From contig OZ024743.1 of the NCBI GenBank assembly GCA_964016885.1, positions 195,114,001 through 195,178,000 of the forward strand: a stretch of DNA of 64,000 nt, in the 5' to 3' direction. The notes below the pieces were generated by a model. It did not search any database. It was given only the letters and a program-made list of their open reading frames with translations, and was not told where the DNA came from. Positions 1 through 11,700 of this stretch are shown here, in pieces; the first letter of the stretch is position 1; every line of letters starts with the position of its first letter. The translations under genes and the position numbers were made by a program. This DNA is from Eledone cirrhosa. Taxonomy: Eukaryota.

Positions 1-730
1 CCCTCCCTCCGTATAGCCTTGCGGATAGCGTTGGTGGTTTTCTCGCCCAGGTGTGGCATTTTAAGGAAGCACTTGCCTTGGGTGCTTCTCTGTCTCTTGC
101 GTCTGGTGTCTCCTATTCTGTCTGTGATCGAGGTAGGGTACCCGTTCGTCTCCAGCACCTCGAAGTATCGCTTGGTATGAGTGACACCTCTCGCAGGATC
201 GCTGCATCTGTTTTTGATTCGCGTGATCTCGTTCGTGATGTATCCTCTTTTGGCACTGTTAGGGAGGGCGGACTTGTAGTGAACGAATAGGTCCCTGCAG
301 GCTGCCATTCTGTAGAAGTTGCAGTGGATCCCTCCTTGTTCCGTGATGTTGATTTGGAAGTCGAGGAGGGCAAGTGACTCGTCTTCGTTGGGGTGTTCAA
401 CACTGAAGTCAATGTTCTCGTCCGTGTTGTTGAACGTCTCATAGATTCTGTTCGCCGTGTCTTGGGAAGATGTTAGGATGAGGATATCGTCCACGTATCT
501 TGAGAAAAAGGCTACGGCGTTGGGGTGGCAGGCGTTGAGTGCCTTGCGTTCGAGGTTGTCCATGTAGGAGATCGCTAGCACACCTGATAGGCTTGATCCC
601 ATGGGCAATCCCGAGGTTTGTTGGTATATTTGGTCAAGGAATCCGAAGTAGGTGTTGTCGACGACGATGGACAGGAGTTGGTGGATGTCAGTGGTGGTGA
701 GCCCGAAGCAGTGTAGGTCAGTGGATTGGT
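1..730 (-). mobile_element. Penelope-like element, reverse transcriptase fragment (5'-truncated, continues beyond the window start)
   Basis: Manual minus-strand translation is open for about 240 aa: ...[36 protein letters not shown]...FFSRYVDDILIL...IDFSVEHPNEDESLALLDFQI...FYRMAACRDLFVHYKSALP...NGYP. It contains the PLE RT motifs QxxGLPMG and RYVDD plus the thumb NGYP. It abuts a (TA)/(CA) array at about 741. Confidence 0.9.
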
Positions 731-782
731 GGATTGGTGGATGTATATATATATACACACACACACATATATATATATGTAC

Positions 783-813
<31 letters not shown>

Positions 814-866
814 CACATATATATATATATACACATATATATATATACATGTATATACACACACAG

Positions 867-899
<33 letters not shown>

Positions 900-905
900 C
901 ATATA

Positions 906-1383
906 TAGTAGAAAGGAAAAATATTCTTTCAGTAGAAAATGTTGAAGAGATTTTTTTTCAGTGAGATATCAAAACAATAATTTATTTACATTACCTGTTT
1001 CAGCACTAAATGCATTGTCGATTGCGTATCTGCAGAATATTGTTAAGTTGCATATTTGTACAAATAGTGATAATAATAATAATGAAGAAAATGAAAATAA
1101 AAAGGGGCAGAAAATTTAATTTTCACATACATATTCATTCAGGGAAGAGAGGTCATTTCTCTGTCCATCCTACTCTGCTTCTAGCTTGGTTGTGACAGGT
1201 AAAATTAGAGGGTAGTGGGAGGAGGGGAGAGGAGATGAGGAAGGAGGAGTATCAGCAGGCTGCTGCGAGAAGCCCTTTGAGGAGTGGATGCAACCGGTAT
1301 TGTAGATAAATTAACATTTGATATCTCACTGAAAAAATATCTCCAAGATTTTCTACTGAATGAATCTTTTTCCTTTCTACTAT
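906..1383. repeat. Diverged inverted repeat, arms of about 100 bp (906-1007 and 1282-1383)
   Basis: tagtagaaaggaaaaatattctttcagtagaaaatgttgaagagatttt...gagatatcaaa is matched by the reverse complement of tttgatatctcactgaaaaaatatctccaagattttctactgaatgaatcttttcctttctacta. Confidence 0.75.
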
Positions 1384-1442
1384 TTGTTTTTATATATATC
1401 AACTCGTGTGTTCCTTTTCTACATTCGATATATATATATATT

Positions 1443-1473
<31 letters not shown>

Positions 1474-1699
1474 GCGTGCGTGTGTGTGTGTAATAGATAT
1501 AAACACCCACGTGCTTTCTCTTCCCTCAATTTATTTCCGTCTTCACCTACTTAGTATCGTCTCTCTTTCTATTTTTTCTTTTATTTCTTATTATATCTTC
1601 TGAAGAAGGCTAACGTACGAAAAATTACCTGCTTTCGTACAATATCACGTGTTACACTTATACATATCGTCATTCTACCCTATTGCTCTTCTGTGTTGG

Positions 1700-1900
1700 T
1701 TACTATAGAAATGGCTTTTACGGTACTAGAACTGTTTTATTTTTTTTTAAATCCTGAGGAAAGCCTGATGATTTCTTTTGAATGAAACAGTTCTAGTCCC
1801 GTAGAAACCACTTCTACAATATATTAAACATGATTTTTAGACTCTACTAATATATTGAATACCTTACTGTGTTTACCTCTCGAGTGAACCCATAACTCAT
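1700..1900 (+). mobile_element. PLE pseudo-LTR fragment (same family as 28519 and 62055) with a degenerate hammerhead and a local fold-back
   Basis: cctgatgatttcttttgaatgaaacagttctagtcccgtagaaacc...tattgaataccttactgtgtttacctctcgagtgaaccc matches 28524-28645. The segment 1703-1740 is an inverted copy of 1783-1820. Confidence 0.7.
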
Positions 1901-1926
1901 CTATCCATCTATCTATCTATCTATCT

Positions 1927-4900
1927 ATGGTTCTGGACCTTGGCAGTGGTGAAGGCGGAGCGTTTAGGTTGGTAGCCTTTCGGGTCAATGCGGCCGGACT
2001 TCTTCCATCGCCTGGAGACTTTTCTAGGAACGTCCCTCTCCTTGCTATTAGTGGGGGACTGGAATGGTATCCTAGATGCACGCTGGGACTACGTAGGGGC
2101 CTGTCCGGATAGAGAGGGGTGTAATAGCCTCAAAGGGTTAATCCGTCGATTTGACCTGGCCGATAGATAACGACCAGATTTTCCGACTGCGCCAACCTAG
2201 ACTTGGGCTAATCTCAGCGGATCATCTAGGTCGTACCTAGATAGGTTCTTAGTTAGAAATAAGGATAAGGACTTTTTAAGTTGTCCAAAAATGAGCACGG
2301 TTGGCTATTCAGACCACAAGTTAGTGAGCTGCATGGTCAACAATGACAGAACACATACACAGGGACCCGGTTACTGGAAGCTCAACTTGTCCTTACTGGC
2401 AAGTAAGGCTTACAGGGACCGGATTAGCACTTTAGTTAGGGAACGGTTGACGGGCGCCATCGTCAACAGCAGGTGGTGGGGATCTCTCAAAAGAGAGATT
2501 AGAGTAGTCTCTATAGAATTTAGTAAGGAGTTAGCCTCAAATAGAAATAGGAAGGAAAGGGAGCTGGTAGATAGTGTAGAAGAGGCAATTAGAAGAGGCG
2601 ACGAGAACGGCCCTGGGCCAGTTCTTCGAAGAGAAACACGAAGGCTGCATCGTCCGAAGCAAAATACGTGCTCTGCGAAACGAGGGGACCAAGGCTGTTA
2701 GCTGGGCCCGCGTGACAGAAGCCAAAAGAGGGAGCAGATCCACTATCCGGTCTTTGCGAGACCAGGATGGACGGGTGATCCTTGAACCTAATTAGATGTC
2801 GAGGCTTTTCAAAAGCACTTTGCCGGATTGTTCGGAAGGGGCGGGGAGCCGGTTGGGGATGTGGACTTCGGTCCATACCTCGACGGCCTGCCGCGTCTCT
2901 CGGACAGGGAGGCGAAGTCCTGCGAGGAGCCGATATCAGCCGCTGAGATAGAGGACGTGCTGGGCCAATGCGGCAAACGCAAATCCCCCGGTCTCGATGG
3001 TCTTCCATACGAACTGTATCTAGCTATGCCGGACTTGTTCCCCGATCTCCTCGAGGCGGTCTACTGCAACTGGCAACAGAACGGGAGAATTCCCTGTGCT
3101 GTGACCAAGGGCGTAGTCACGCTAGTGAGGAAGGACGAGAACAAGGGGGACGATATAAATAATTTCAGGCCCATAACTCTGCTAAATACAGAGTTACAGA
3201 TTTTGGCCAAGGTGCTAGCAAAGACGTTGGCGATTGTCGTGGGCAACCTGGTGGGAGAGGCGCAGACATGTGCTATCCCGTCCAGGTCCATCCACGACAA
3301 CCTCCACCTCATGCGATACATCATAGAGAGGGTTGGGAATGAACGCGGCTTTGGTGGGGTCCTGATCAACTTGGATCAATCTAAGGCATTGGATAGGGTC
3401 GACCATGGTTACCTGGATGCGGTGATAGCGGCGGCAGGCTTCGGACCCGTTTTCAGGGGCTGGATCAATGCCATGCACAGCAGCCGCATCTGCTCTAGGG
3501 TCAAGGTGAACTGCTACCTCTCGTAGCCGTTCGAAATCGCGCGGTCCATCCGACAAGGGTGCCCTCTCTCCTCCCTTCTGTATGTAATGACTCTAGAGCC
3601 ACTGCTGCGGAAGTTGGAGTTGTTGCAGGGCATCCCGTTGGAACCGGGAATCGGAAAGCGGTGTCGGCCTACGCCGACGACGTAACAGTAATGGTGTCAA
3701 CGGCCTCGGAAATCGGGGCGATCGGCACCTTACTGGAGGAGTACGAAAGGTTTACAGGGGCGGCCAAGTTGAAATGGGACAAGTCGATCGGTCTGCAACT
3801 CGGCACGTGGATGGGCAGATTGATGCCCTCCGATGGCGTCGTCGGGCGCTGGACGGAGGGCCCGGTGAAGTTGCTCGGTGTCTGGTTCGGACCAGACCTC
3901 CAGGTGGAGAAGAACTGGGGTGAGGTAACGAACAGGGTGTTTGCACTGACCCAGAAGTGGGCCGAGTGCAAACTGTCCCTGAAAGGTCGGGCGGAGGTGG
4001 CGAACACTTATATAGCGTCTGTCATCTACTACCGCCTCACCGTTGTGCCTGGCCCACGCACGCACTCTTCCAATTCCTTTGGAAGAAGTAGGCTCCTATG
4101 GTGAGGAGATCCATCTGCTGTCAACACCCTTCGAAAGGAGGGCTGGGGTTGCCGTGGCTAATGATACGTAAACACGCATTAGGGCTACGGCACCTCAAGG
4201 TATTCCTCACCGGTCAACCGGTGTGGGCCGTTTGTGAGGCGAGCCTTTCCCAGACTCGTCTCACTCACCGAGCTGCAATCCTGGGTCAAGCAAAGACCGA
4301 GAAAACTGGGCGCCTGGCACACTGAGTGTGCCCAGACGCTCACGGCTCTCTGGCAGGCGGACCCGGCTGTCAGTGGAGAATCCACTTCGTCATTCTATAG
4401 AGGGTTGGTGGTTAGCAGGTGCGACGACGCCCTCGGAGAAGCCCTAGGCATGGAGGAAGACGAACTGGACAACCTGTTCGGTAGGACACTCAGCCCGGGT
4501 CCCATGGATAACTTCCAGAGGTCCCTGGCCTGGCAGTGCTACCGAGGGGCTCTGCCCGTTCGAGAAAGGCTCTACAGACACGGGCGCCCGGGTAGGGACC
4601 CCTCGAAAAAGATCTGTCCCAGATGCGTGTGCGACGAGGAAACCGTTGCACACGCTTTGTTACACTGCTCGGGCATTGCCGATGTGTGGGACTATGTCGA
4701 ACAACTGCTGTGAAGGGTGGGACCGATCCGGTTGACCACCGAGTCTATTGTAACGATCAAGCCGCCTCCCCTCTTCAAAAACGAAGGAGAGGCGGTGTTT
4801 CTGTGTGTAATAGCCATGGCGAAAGAGGTTGTATGGAGGACGCATCTGAAAGGACTGAGGTCAGACACCTTTCTCTCTGGCCAACAACTGGTTCGTTTCT

Positions 4901-5302
4901 TCCGATATCATTTCGGAAGAAGGATCAGGATGGCGAGAGAGGTGCTGCACCCCAGCCGTTTTTATGAAAGATGGGTGAAAGTGGCGAGAATGGCCCGTGT
5001 GAATGGGCCTTCACTCTACATCAGGCTATAGGTGAGGAAGATGAAAGACCAAGGGAGCACCCCCTCTCTGTGCTCCTGAGCAGAAGGGTTGCACACTTTT
5101 TTTCGGGTGTGTGTGCGACCTCCCAAGGCGCCTCCTCCCCACTGAGGATTTTGTTATAAAATTTATTTTGTTATATTTTATTTTATTTTTATACTTTTAT
5201 ATCTTGTTATTGCCTCCTCCATATTGAGGACGCCTTTGCATGTAAACTCCCCCCTTTTTACTTGTCCCACTTTCGATGCCCTGGTGGCAAATAAAAAGAA
5301 AG
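1927..5302 (+). mobile_element. Tx1/L1-clade LINE, 5'-truncated ORF2 (APE endonuclease, RT, C-terminal CCHC), disrupted by frameshifts and stops
   Basis: Endonuclease motifs GDWNGILD, YLDRFLV, SDHKLV and GPGYWKLN. RT motifs KSPGLDGLPYE, FRPITLLNTE, LDQSKALDRVDH, RQGCPLSP and AYADDVT. C-terminal CPRC..EETVAHALLHC. Stop at 5031, then a 3'UTR ending AATAAAAAGAAAG. Confidence 0.95.
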
Positions 5303-5325
5303 CTATCTCTCTCTCTCTCTCTATC

Positions 5326-5377
<52 letters not shown>

Positions 5378-5407
5378 CTTAAAAATAAGAATAAGAATAA
5401 GAAGAAA

Positions 5408-5444
5408 GCAAGAACGGCTATGAGAGTTTTCCTCATCAGTTGTC
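5408..5444 (-). ncRNA. Candidate minimal hammerhead lacking stem II
   Basis: The reverse complement reads gacaa CTGATGA g GAAA ac tctcatagcc gt TC ttgc. Confidence 0.45.
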
Positions 5445-5767
5445 TACTGGGGGTCTCGGATATTTCAACGCTTTAAATACAATATATCTACCCTCAGAGC
5501 GTTCAATAACTAGGTAAGTTATTGGGAAAACAGAGGAGGAAGAGAAGTAAAATAGAAGGTAAAAGGGGGAAAAGGGCGAGAAAAGCGAAAAACAGCGAAA
5601 AAAACAAACAAACCGAAGAATGTGCGAGCAAGATCCGTGGCTGAACATAAGTGCTAGAGCGTGTGGACGGACGTAAAGACACGTCTGATCCCACCGAGGG
5701 AAACGATGAGGTGGCTGGAAGAGAGAGGGTGGGGGAGGGGGAAAGAGAGAGAAAGAAAGAGGGGGAA

Positions 5768-5849
5768 GAGTAGATAACAACGAAATAGGTAGTCAGGAGT
5801 GAGAAGCAGTCTTCTCTCTCCTGACTACCTATTTCGTTGCTATCTACTC
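5768..5849. repeat. Fold-back palindrome, 39-bp arms with a 4-nt loop
   Basis: gagtagataacaacgaaataggtagtcaggagtgagaag-cagt-cttctctctcctgactacctatttcgttgctatctactc, with 2 mismatches. Confidence 0.9.
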
Positions 5850-5955
5850 ACAGCGGAATATGATAAAATATATGGCTGTGTAGTTGCTGGTTAGGGTAGG
5901 CTTAAAAATAAGAATAAGAATAAGAAGAAAGCAAGAACGGCATATATATATATAT

Positions 5956-6695
5956 ATATATAAATTGGTATAAATGAACATAGAAAGATGAATGTGAGCA
6001 AGAAGCCAACAGTATTTCATAATATATAAGTGATTATAACGTCAAGATGGAAAATATTTAACGTAAGATATGGGAAAATAATTCAATCCCAATTCAAAAA
6101 AAGTCAAGATAGACATTTTATCCACAGATTTTGTGAAATCCAGGGAAAAAACCAATAGAGTCTTAACTCAGAATAAAATTAAGGTTAAATACTTATCCTT
6201 CAATTTGAAAAAACTACTAATGCTCTATATAGTCTTAAAAAGACTATTTCACGAAACATTTCAGTGGAGTTAGTCACGGTTGGAGTCGTTCATCAGTAGA
6301 GCTCAAACACGATAACCAAAAAATGCTCTGCTAAAATATGTCAGAAAGGGAATTTAAAAGCAGGCTACTACACCTCGTGTGGAATTAAGATAATAAACAC
6401 ACATGGAGAACAGGGCTAGTGGCGTCAAAATGAGACGAATGTCTGTTTACAAGAAACAGCAGTCAAAATATTCCAAAAAAACTCAACAAAAGGTATGGAG
6501 TTCAGCATAAAGCAATATTATCGCGGTTTTATTAAAAAAGACCGGGATTAGTCACAAATAATTTTAAGCACTCTCGGAAAAATTCCGAGTATAAATATAA
6601 ATGAAAATAGAGAAATTAATGTGAGCAAGAAGCCAAAAGTATTTCATAATATATAAGTGACTATAACATCAAGATGGAAAATATATAAATTGGTA
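5956..6695 (-). mobile_element. Retrozyme-like non-autonomous element (627-bp unit, about 88-bp terminal redundancy, 15-bp TSD, internal HHR)
   Basis: Direct repeats lie at 5969-6057 and 6596-6684 (offset 627). atatataaattggta occurs at 5956-5970 and 6681-6695. No ORF of 60 aa or more is present. Confidence 0.75.
6222..6302 (-). ncRNA. Type I hammerhead ribozyme with a canonical core
   Basis: The reverse complement reads gctcta CTGATGA acga-[31 nt]-tcgt GAAA tagtctt ttt aagacta TA tagagc. Stem I has 6 bp, stem II 4 bp, stem III 7 bp plus A-U, and the cleavage triplet is AUA. Confidence 0.9.
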
Positions 6696-9601
6696 GATAG
6701 ATAATCACACCATATTTGAAGCTTGATACTATATTTTTAAGAGGAACAATTATAAGCTAAAACTTATATTTGAGTTATAAGAATGAAGAGAAATTATATT
6801 TATACTCGAATAAAATTTACGTTTGGAGTTTATTTAAAGTGAAGGAAAACATATTTGATGTGTACTTTCGTAGAAATGACATTAAAGGTTGTGTTGTAAC
6901 GCAGGTCTTAATATATCTTTGCGTTTAAAATAGTAAAGATGGCATATTCGAAAGTAAACGAAGAAATCGAAAGCAAAGGAAAGAGTGATTAAAGATAATC
7001 AACCAGACTTCAAGAGACGAATACAGCCCAGCATTGAAAATAAATGTCGATATAACGTTTGCTTCCAACATTTGTTGAATAAATCCCATAAGAGGTTGAG
7101 TTGACATTTGTCAACTATAGATTCATCTTTCTATTTTTTTTTCTGCTTCCTGATTTCAACATATTCAATTAGCATAATGATATTACGAATAATTGTTTGC
7201 ATGACTTCCTTATTGCTTGTGATTTATATTTTCGTGAGTCATTTAGAAAAATAAATGATACTGTTTATATTTTGTTATGAAGGTGGAAGGACCATAACTT
7301 CAATGATTGAAAATATATGAGTTGTTTTCGACTAAAGTTTCGTCTTATATTTTGTTTTGAATTATTTCAATAGTTACAATAATTCCCTAACATTCCCATA
7401 ACATTTGCTTTTCACAAACAGCCTGGCTTGTTTTACCATTCCAAAGAAAGTAATTGGATTTATATTATAGATACCCGGTGTTCGAGCCTCTAAAAGTTGT
7501 ATTAATTTTACTCTAAACATATACTGATATTGAAATTATCTCTTAGGTAACTGCTATTTAACTGCTTCAAGCAATATCGGACTACTAATTCTCAAGTCTT
7601 TCATTCAAAAGACTCCAAACATACAAGACATTCATATAAAAGCAGTATTTTTAACAACTCCATTTACCGCTATTTAGATATTTCTATCAATTCTCTATTG
7701 TTATCTGTTCCCCCCTAGTTCTATTTTAACAAACTATTTTTTCTAAATTTCCTCATATGAAAAGTGCTCCGCACAAATAATTATTTTTCTTCCTTTAGTG
7801 TGTTTGCGCAATTTACTAATAGAGTTTGATCACATTGCTTCAGTCGCAATTTGCTGTTTCGTTGTGTTCGCAATTCTTCTCTAATCAAATTTTCTTCCGT
7901 ACTTTCTCCATAATGTTTACACAACGTCTTCCAATGTAGTATATGATCTATTCTTGTCTGTGAAATGAATCACGAGTGATGTGCAAAAGAAGTAAATTGT
8001 CATTTTGGTGTCTACTGAGGCGAATAAAATTCTCAGTAATTGTAGTTATAGTGTACACTGATGTTTCTCTTCAAATAGAAGAAATTATTATTCCTTGCTT
8101 TAATGTCAACGCTGATGTTTCAAACCGATAATTTCTCATCTCTTCCTTACAAGTATTTCCTATACTTTAATTTATCACTTTTATCACTAACTTCAGTATC
8201 TTTCTCAAATGAAAACAGTAAATTCCGGCAAACCATCTCTACAAATAGTAATCAACCTGCTGTTAACTTATGTGTGTTGACAAAGAGTAGAGAATTAAAT
8301 TTTGTTAAGAAAGATGGCGATTTTTTCCTTAACAAGGTAGTGCAGGACAGTCAATAACCTTTTTAGCCTGAACACGTGCGTAGTCTGAATTTCCAGTTAT
8401 CTAAGTAAATAGTTTATTAGATGCAGCTTGATAGATGAGCAAATTATCTGGAAGAACCTTAGGAACGTTTTCTGGGTAATGTTTGAATGTAACGTAATAT
8501 TTTTTGTATATTAGGAAATGAGGTTTTGTTGAATGAGGATTCCGAGGTTTCGTAATTAGATGTTCTATCCATGCAACTACAGTTCTTATTGCAATAGTTA
8601 TTTTCAATGGATCATGACAATGGATGTTCGTTTTAGGACTGGTGCTACGAAAAGTGTAATAAAGAGGATTTATTGGATTTAATAAAACAGGCTTTACAAT
8701 TTTTTTTTTGTAGATACATTCCCAAAACACAGATGTGCTTTGTACATTTCTCTTGTGATAATTCAATTACTAATATATTTCACTACAATTTCCATCATCC
8801 ATTTTTTAACGACACAGAGTTTCGATAAATCAATCCCAGTATACAGCATACTTACGCTGAATGTTTCTTGTTGGTCGACTTTCAAGAAGCGCAAGCTAAA
8901 TATCTTATAAACCACACAATACTTAATCAAGGCAACAAAAAAAACCTTTAAATCACACCATAGCTCTTTGCATAGAAAGGAAAGACTCCATAACAGCAAA
9001 AGGAGACTGGAATTATTTTATTACGAGGTCCTGGCTATAATCTTTGATCTGGGGTTAAACAATTGCAGTTTAATTTCTCAACATGAAAAAAGTGTTATGA
9101 AAGTTGACTGAGGCGAGAAGTGAATATTTTAATACTGCTCTATGTTATAAACTTTTTTAATATAACGTGTTATTAAAGTAATTTTAAATATTTCAAAAAC
9201 TACTGGTAATGTATATGTTCAATTACAATACATGATAGTTATTCGAAATGAGTCTTGCAAGATACATTAAATTAAGTATCAGTAATGATATATCATCACT
9301 CTGTGGCGATTGTGGAATGGTGGTACACAGAGGTTACTATACTGACCATATCTAATTCTCCCGAATATATTAATTAGTTTAATGTTGGTATATGCTGATT
9401 ATGAGTTACTACTCATTAAAAATATAATATTGTTGGTATTTAAAATCTAAAGTATTCTTGCAGAGAAAATGAACTTTTTACCAAATCAGTAAGTGAAAAA
9501 ATCCCAATTTTATATACATACACACATACAAACATACATACATACGTGTGTACGTACATACACACACAAAACATATACCCTCCCATATATATATATATAA
9601 T

Positions 9602-9841
9602 AGACATACTCTACCACAACAAATCAAAAATATTCCCTACAAATCAATAAATTACTCTCGATATTTGTAATCTAGTATTTATTAGCATGTGGTCTTGTAA
9701 ATGATTTTTGTGGATATATATATATATATCCACAAAAAGCAGTTACAAGATCACATGATAATAAATACTAGATTACAAATATCCAAAGTAATTTATTGAT
9801 TTGTAGGGAATATTTTTGATTTGTTGTGGTAGAGTATGTCT
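9602..9841. repeat. Long palindrome with arms of about 115 bp, centred on (TA)n
   Basis: agacatactctaccacaacaaatcaaaaatattccctacaaatcaataaattact...gtgga-(ta)n-tccac...agtaatttattgatttgtagggaatatttttgatttgttgtggtagagtatgtct. Confidence 0.9.
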
Positions 9842-9878
9842 TCTTTTCGAACTAAACAAATGTATTCTGTAAAGAATT

Positions 9879-9928
9879 AGGAATTATTTTGGAAGCCATC
9901 TTTACAGATGGCTTCCAAAATAATTCCT
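9879..9928. repeat. Perfect 23-bp hairpin
   Basis: aggaattattttggaagccatct-ttac-agatggcttccaaaataattcct. Confidence 0.9.
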
Positions 9929-11089
9929 TATTTCTGAGCTGAATTTTTGAATTTAAAAAAACCCTTATATATGTTCCAAACTCTTCTAATGTATTTCATT
10001 TTCCAAAGGTATTCAATATGTTTTAAAGATCTTTGTGAACAAATGAAAATATCCCTGGAATGTTTGACGTTTGTTGTTCAACACTAAAGAAACCTAACAT
10101 TAAATATATGAAAACATTTTGAAAAGCTTGGAGGGGGATGGACATAAAGAGGTGTAAAAGTAGTGTCTGAAGAAATTCAACATATAATATGATACGTTCG
10201 TCTTTTCTACTTATTACTGGGAGAGTTGTGTGGCAGAGCTCTTATACATGCCTTCTAGAGAAGCTTCCATCAACAATTGTTCCGGGCGAATCCCCAAGCA
10301 AAACCAAATGAACTCATGGATGTTACCCAACCATTTTGTTTGAGGTTTACTACTGGGCTTCCTGCCGGTCAGCGTTGCCAGTAAAATCTATCCAGCGGCT
10401 CTCTCTGGAGCTACTCTTAGAGCTGCGTGCTACGAACCTAGTGCGTAACGTTACCCCAATGATCAATCGGAGGAAATTAAATTGACAAAGAAAATGTGGT
10501 AGCAGAAAATGTTAATTTTGATAATAAGATATTGTCCAAGTAAAATCTGATCGAGCAGATCTATTATTGCAAGCATTCCACCCTGTCATATTATTTGAGT
10601 ATCCACTCTTTTTACTTATATCAAACGTATGTTGTAATTTGAGGTAGAATGGGAATACTACGTCTAACAGCTCAAGCGACATTGTAAAAGATCACTTACT
10701 GTTTTTGCTAAAGCAATATACGATAGCTATTTATAAAGATTGGAAACTAGTATCAGAACCTACGATGGCAAATGAACACGTCTCAAAATATATTTGTTTA
10801 GATATAGACATGAAAAATAAGCAGAAAATATGTATGATATAGTTTATTTCCTAGTTCGAAGACTGAATATCCATATATAGATAGAAATACCTTTTACATT
10901 TTTACATATATATTTCATAATATATATGCTATTCGTGATTATGTTTCTTATTCGTGGTTATATTATTAAAGTAGACAAACACTTTAAAAAAAACATGTTT
11001 TTTCTTTATTTTCAGTAGAAAATATTTGAGATGTCATCAGCATGAATGCTTTCCACGCTGCGCATTAATTTTTTTCAACAGTGATCATG

Positions 11090-11700
11090 CTGACAATATA
11101 CTTTGCTATGATGGAACACAGGCAATACAACTACTTTGCGCTTTACCAAGTTTTGTCTGACCCTAACATTAACGAACCGAAAGCATTAGATGTAATATTT
11201 TAGATTGTGATACGCTATAGCTAATTCCCTTACAAAAATATAGAATTTACTTACTATTTTGTAACAGCAATAGTATGTCATCAGAATTTGCATGAATCGT
11301 CAAACACAGGATATTCAAATCATAAAAGGAAAAATGCATGGAAAACATTTTAAACATCCTATCGACCTATTGATTCAAATTCTTTTCATGTAACATTTTA
11401 CCGATTAATAAATATCATGTAGACGATATTCTTAGTAATGGGATTTCTGAACGAATTGTTCGTCACTCAAAAAACAACACATGTTTACAACGATTGATAA
11501 TTGATCTCGAAACCCAATAAATAATTTAGTGTGAATTGGAGTAACATTATCCTTTCCTAAGCGTTCGAAACTTCCCATGATATTCACACAGGTTTTCTGC
11601 AGAACTTGATGGTGTCATGAACATTTTATATCTCCAATATAGCTATGTCATTGAAGATATTCCACAAAGATAGAGAACAGAGACACGTAATAGAAGATCA
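11090..11700 (+). pseudogene. Possible highly decayed PLE RT remnant
   Basis: Faint motif traces in PLE order: LSDPNI, then SYRPIDSN (RPIVS-like), then a degenerate LD..LYxNI-like segment. Many stops are present. Confidence 0.25.

Larger units (their letters stand above)
5375..5942 (-). mobile_element. Non-coding PLE-type repeat with terminal direct repeats; the family also occurs at 18790-18880 and 28780-29540
   Basis: taggcttaaaaataagaataagaataagaagaaagcaagaacggc occurs at both 5375 and 5897. The internal sequence matches 28800-29010. It is flanked by (TA)n. Confidence 0.7.

Noticed and set aside
1595-1660. CTGAAGA followed by a hairpin (gtacgaaa/tttcgtac)
   Set aside because: There is no correctly placed GAAA or stem III and no stem I partner.
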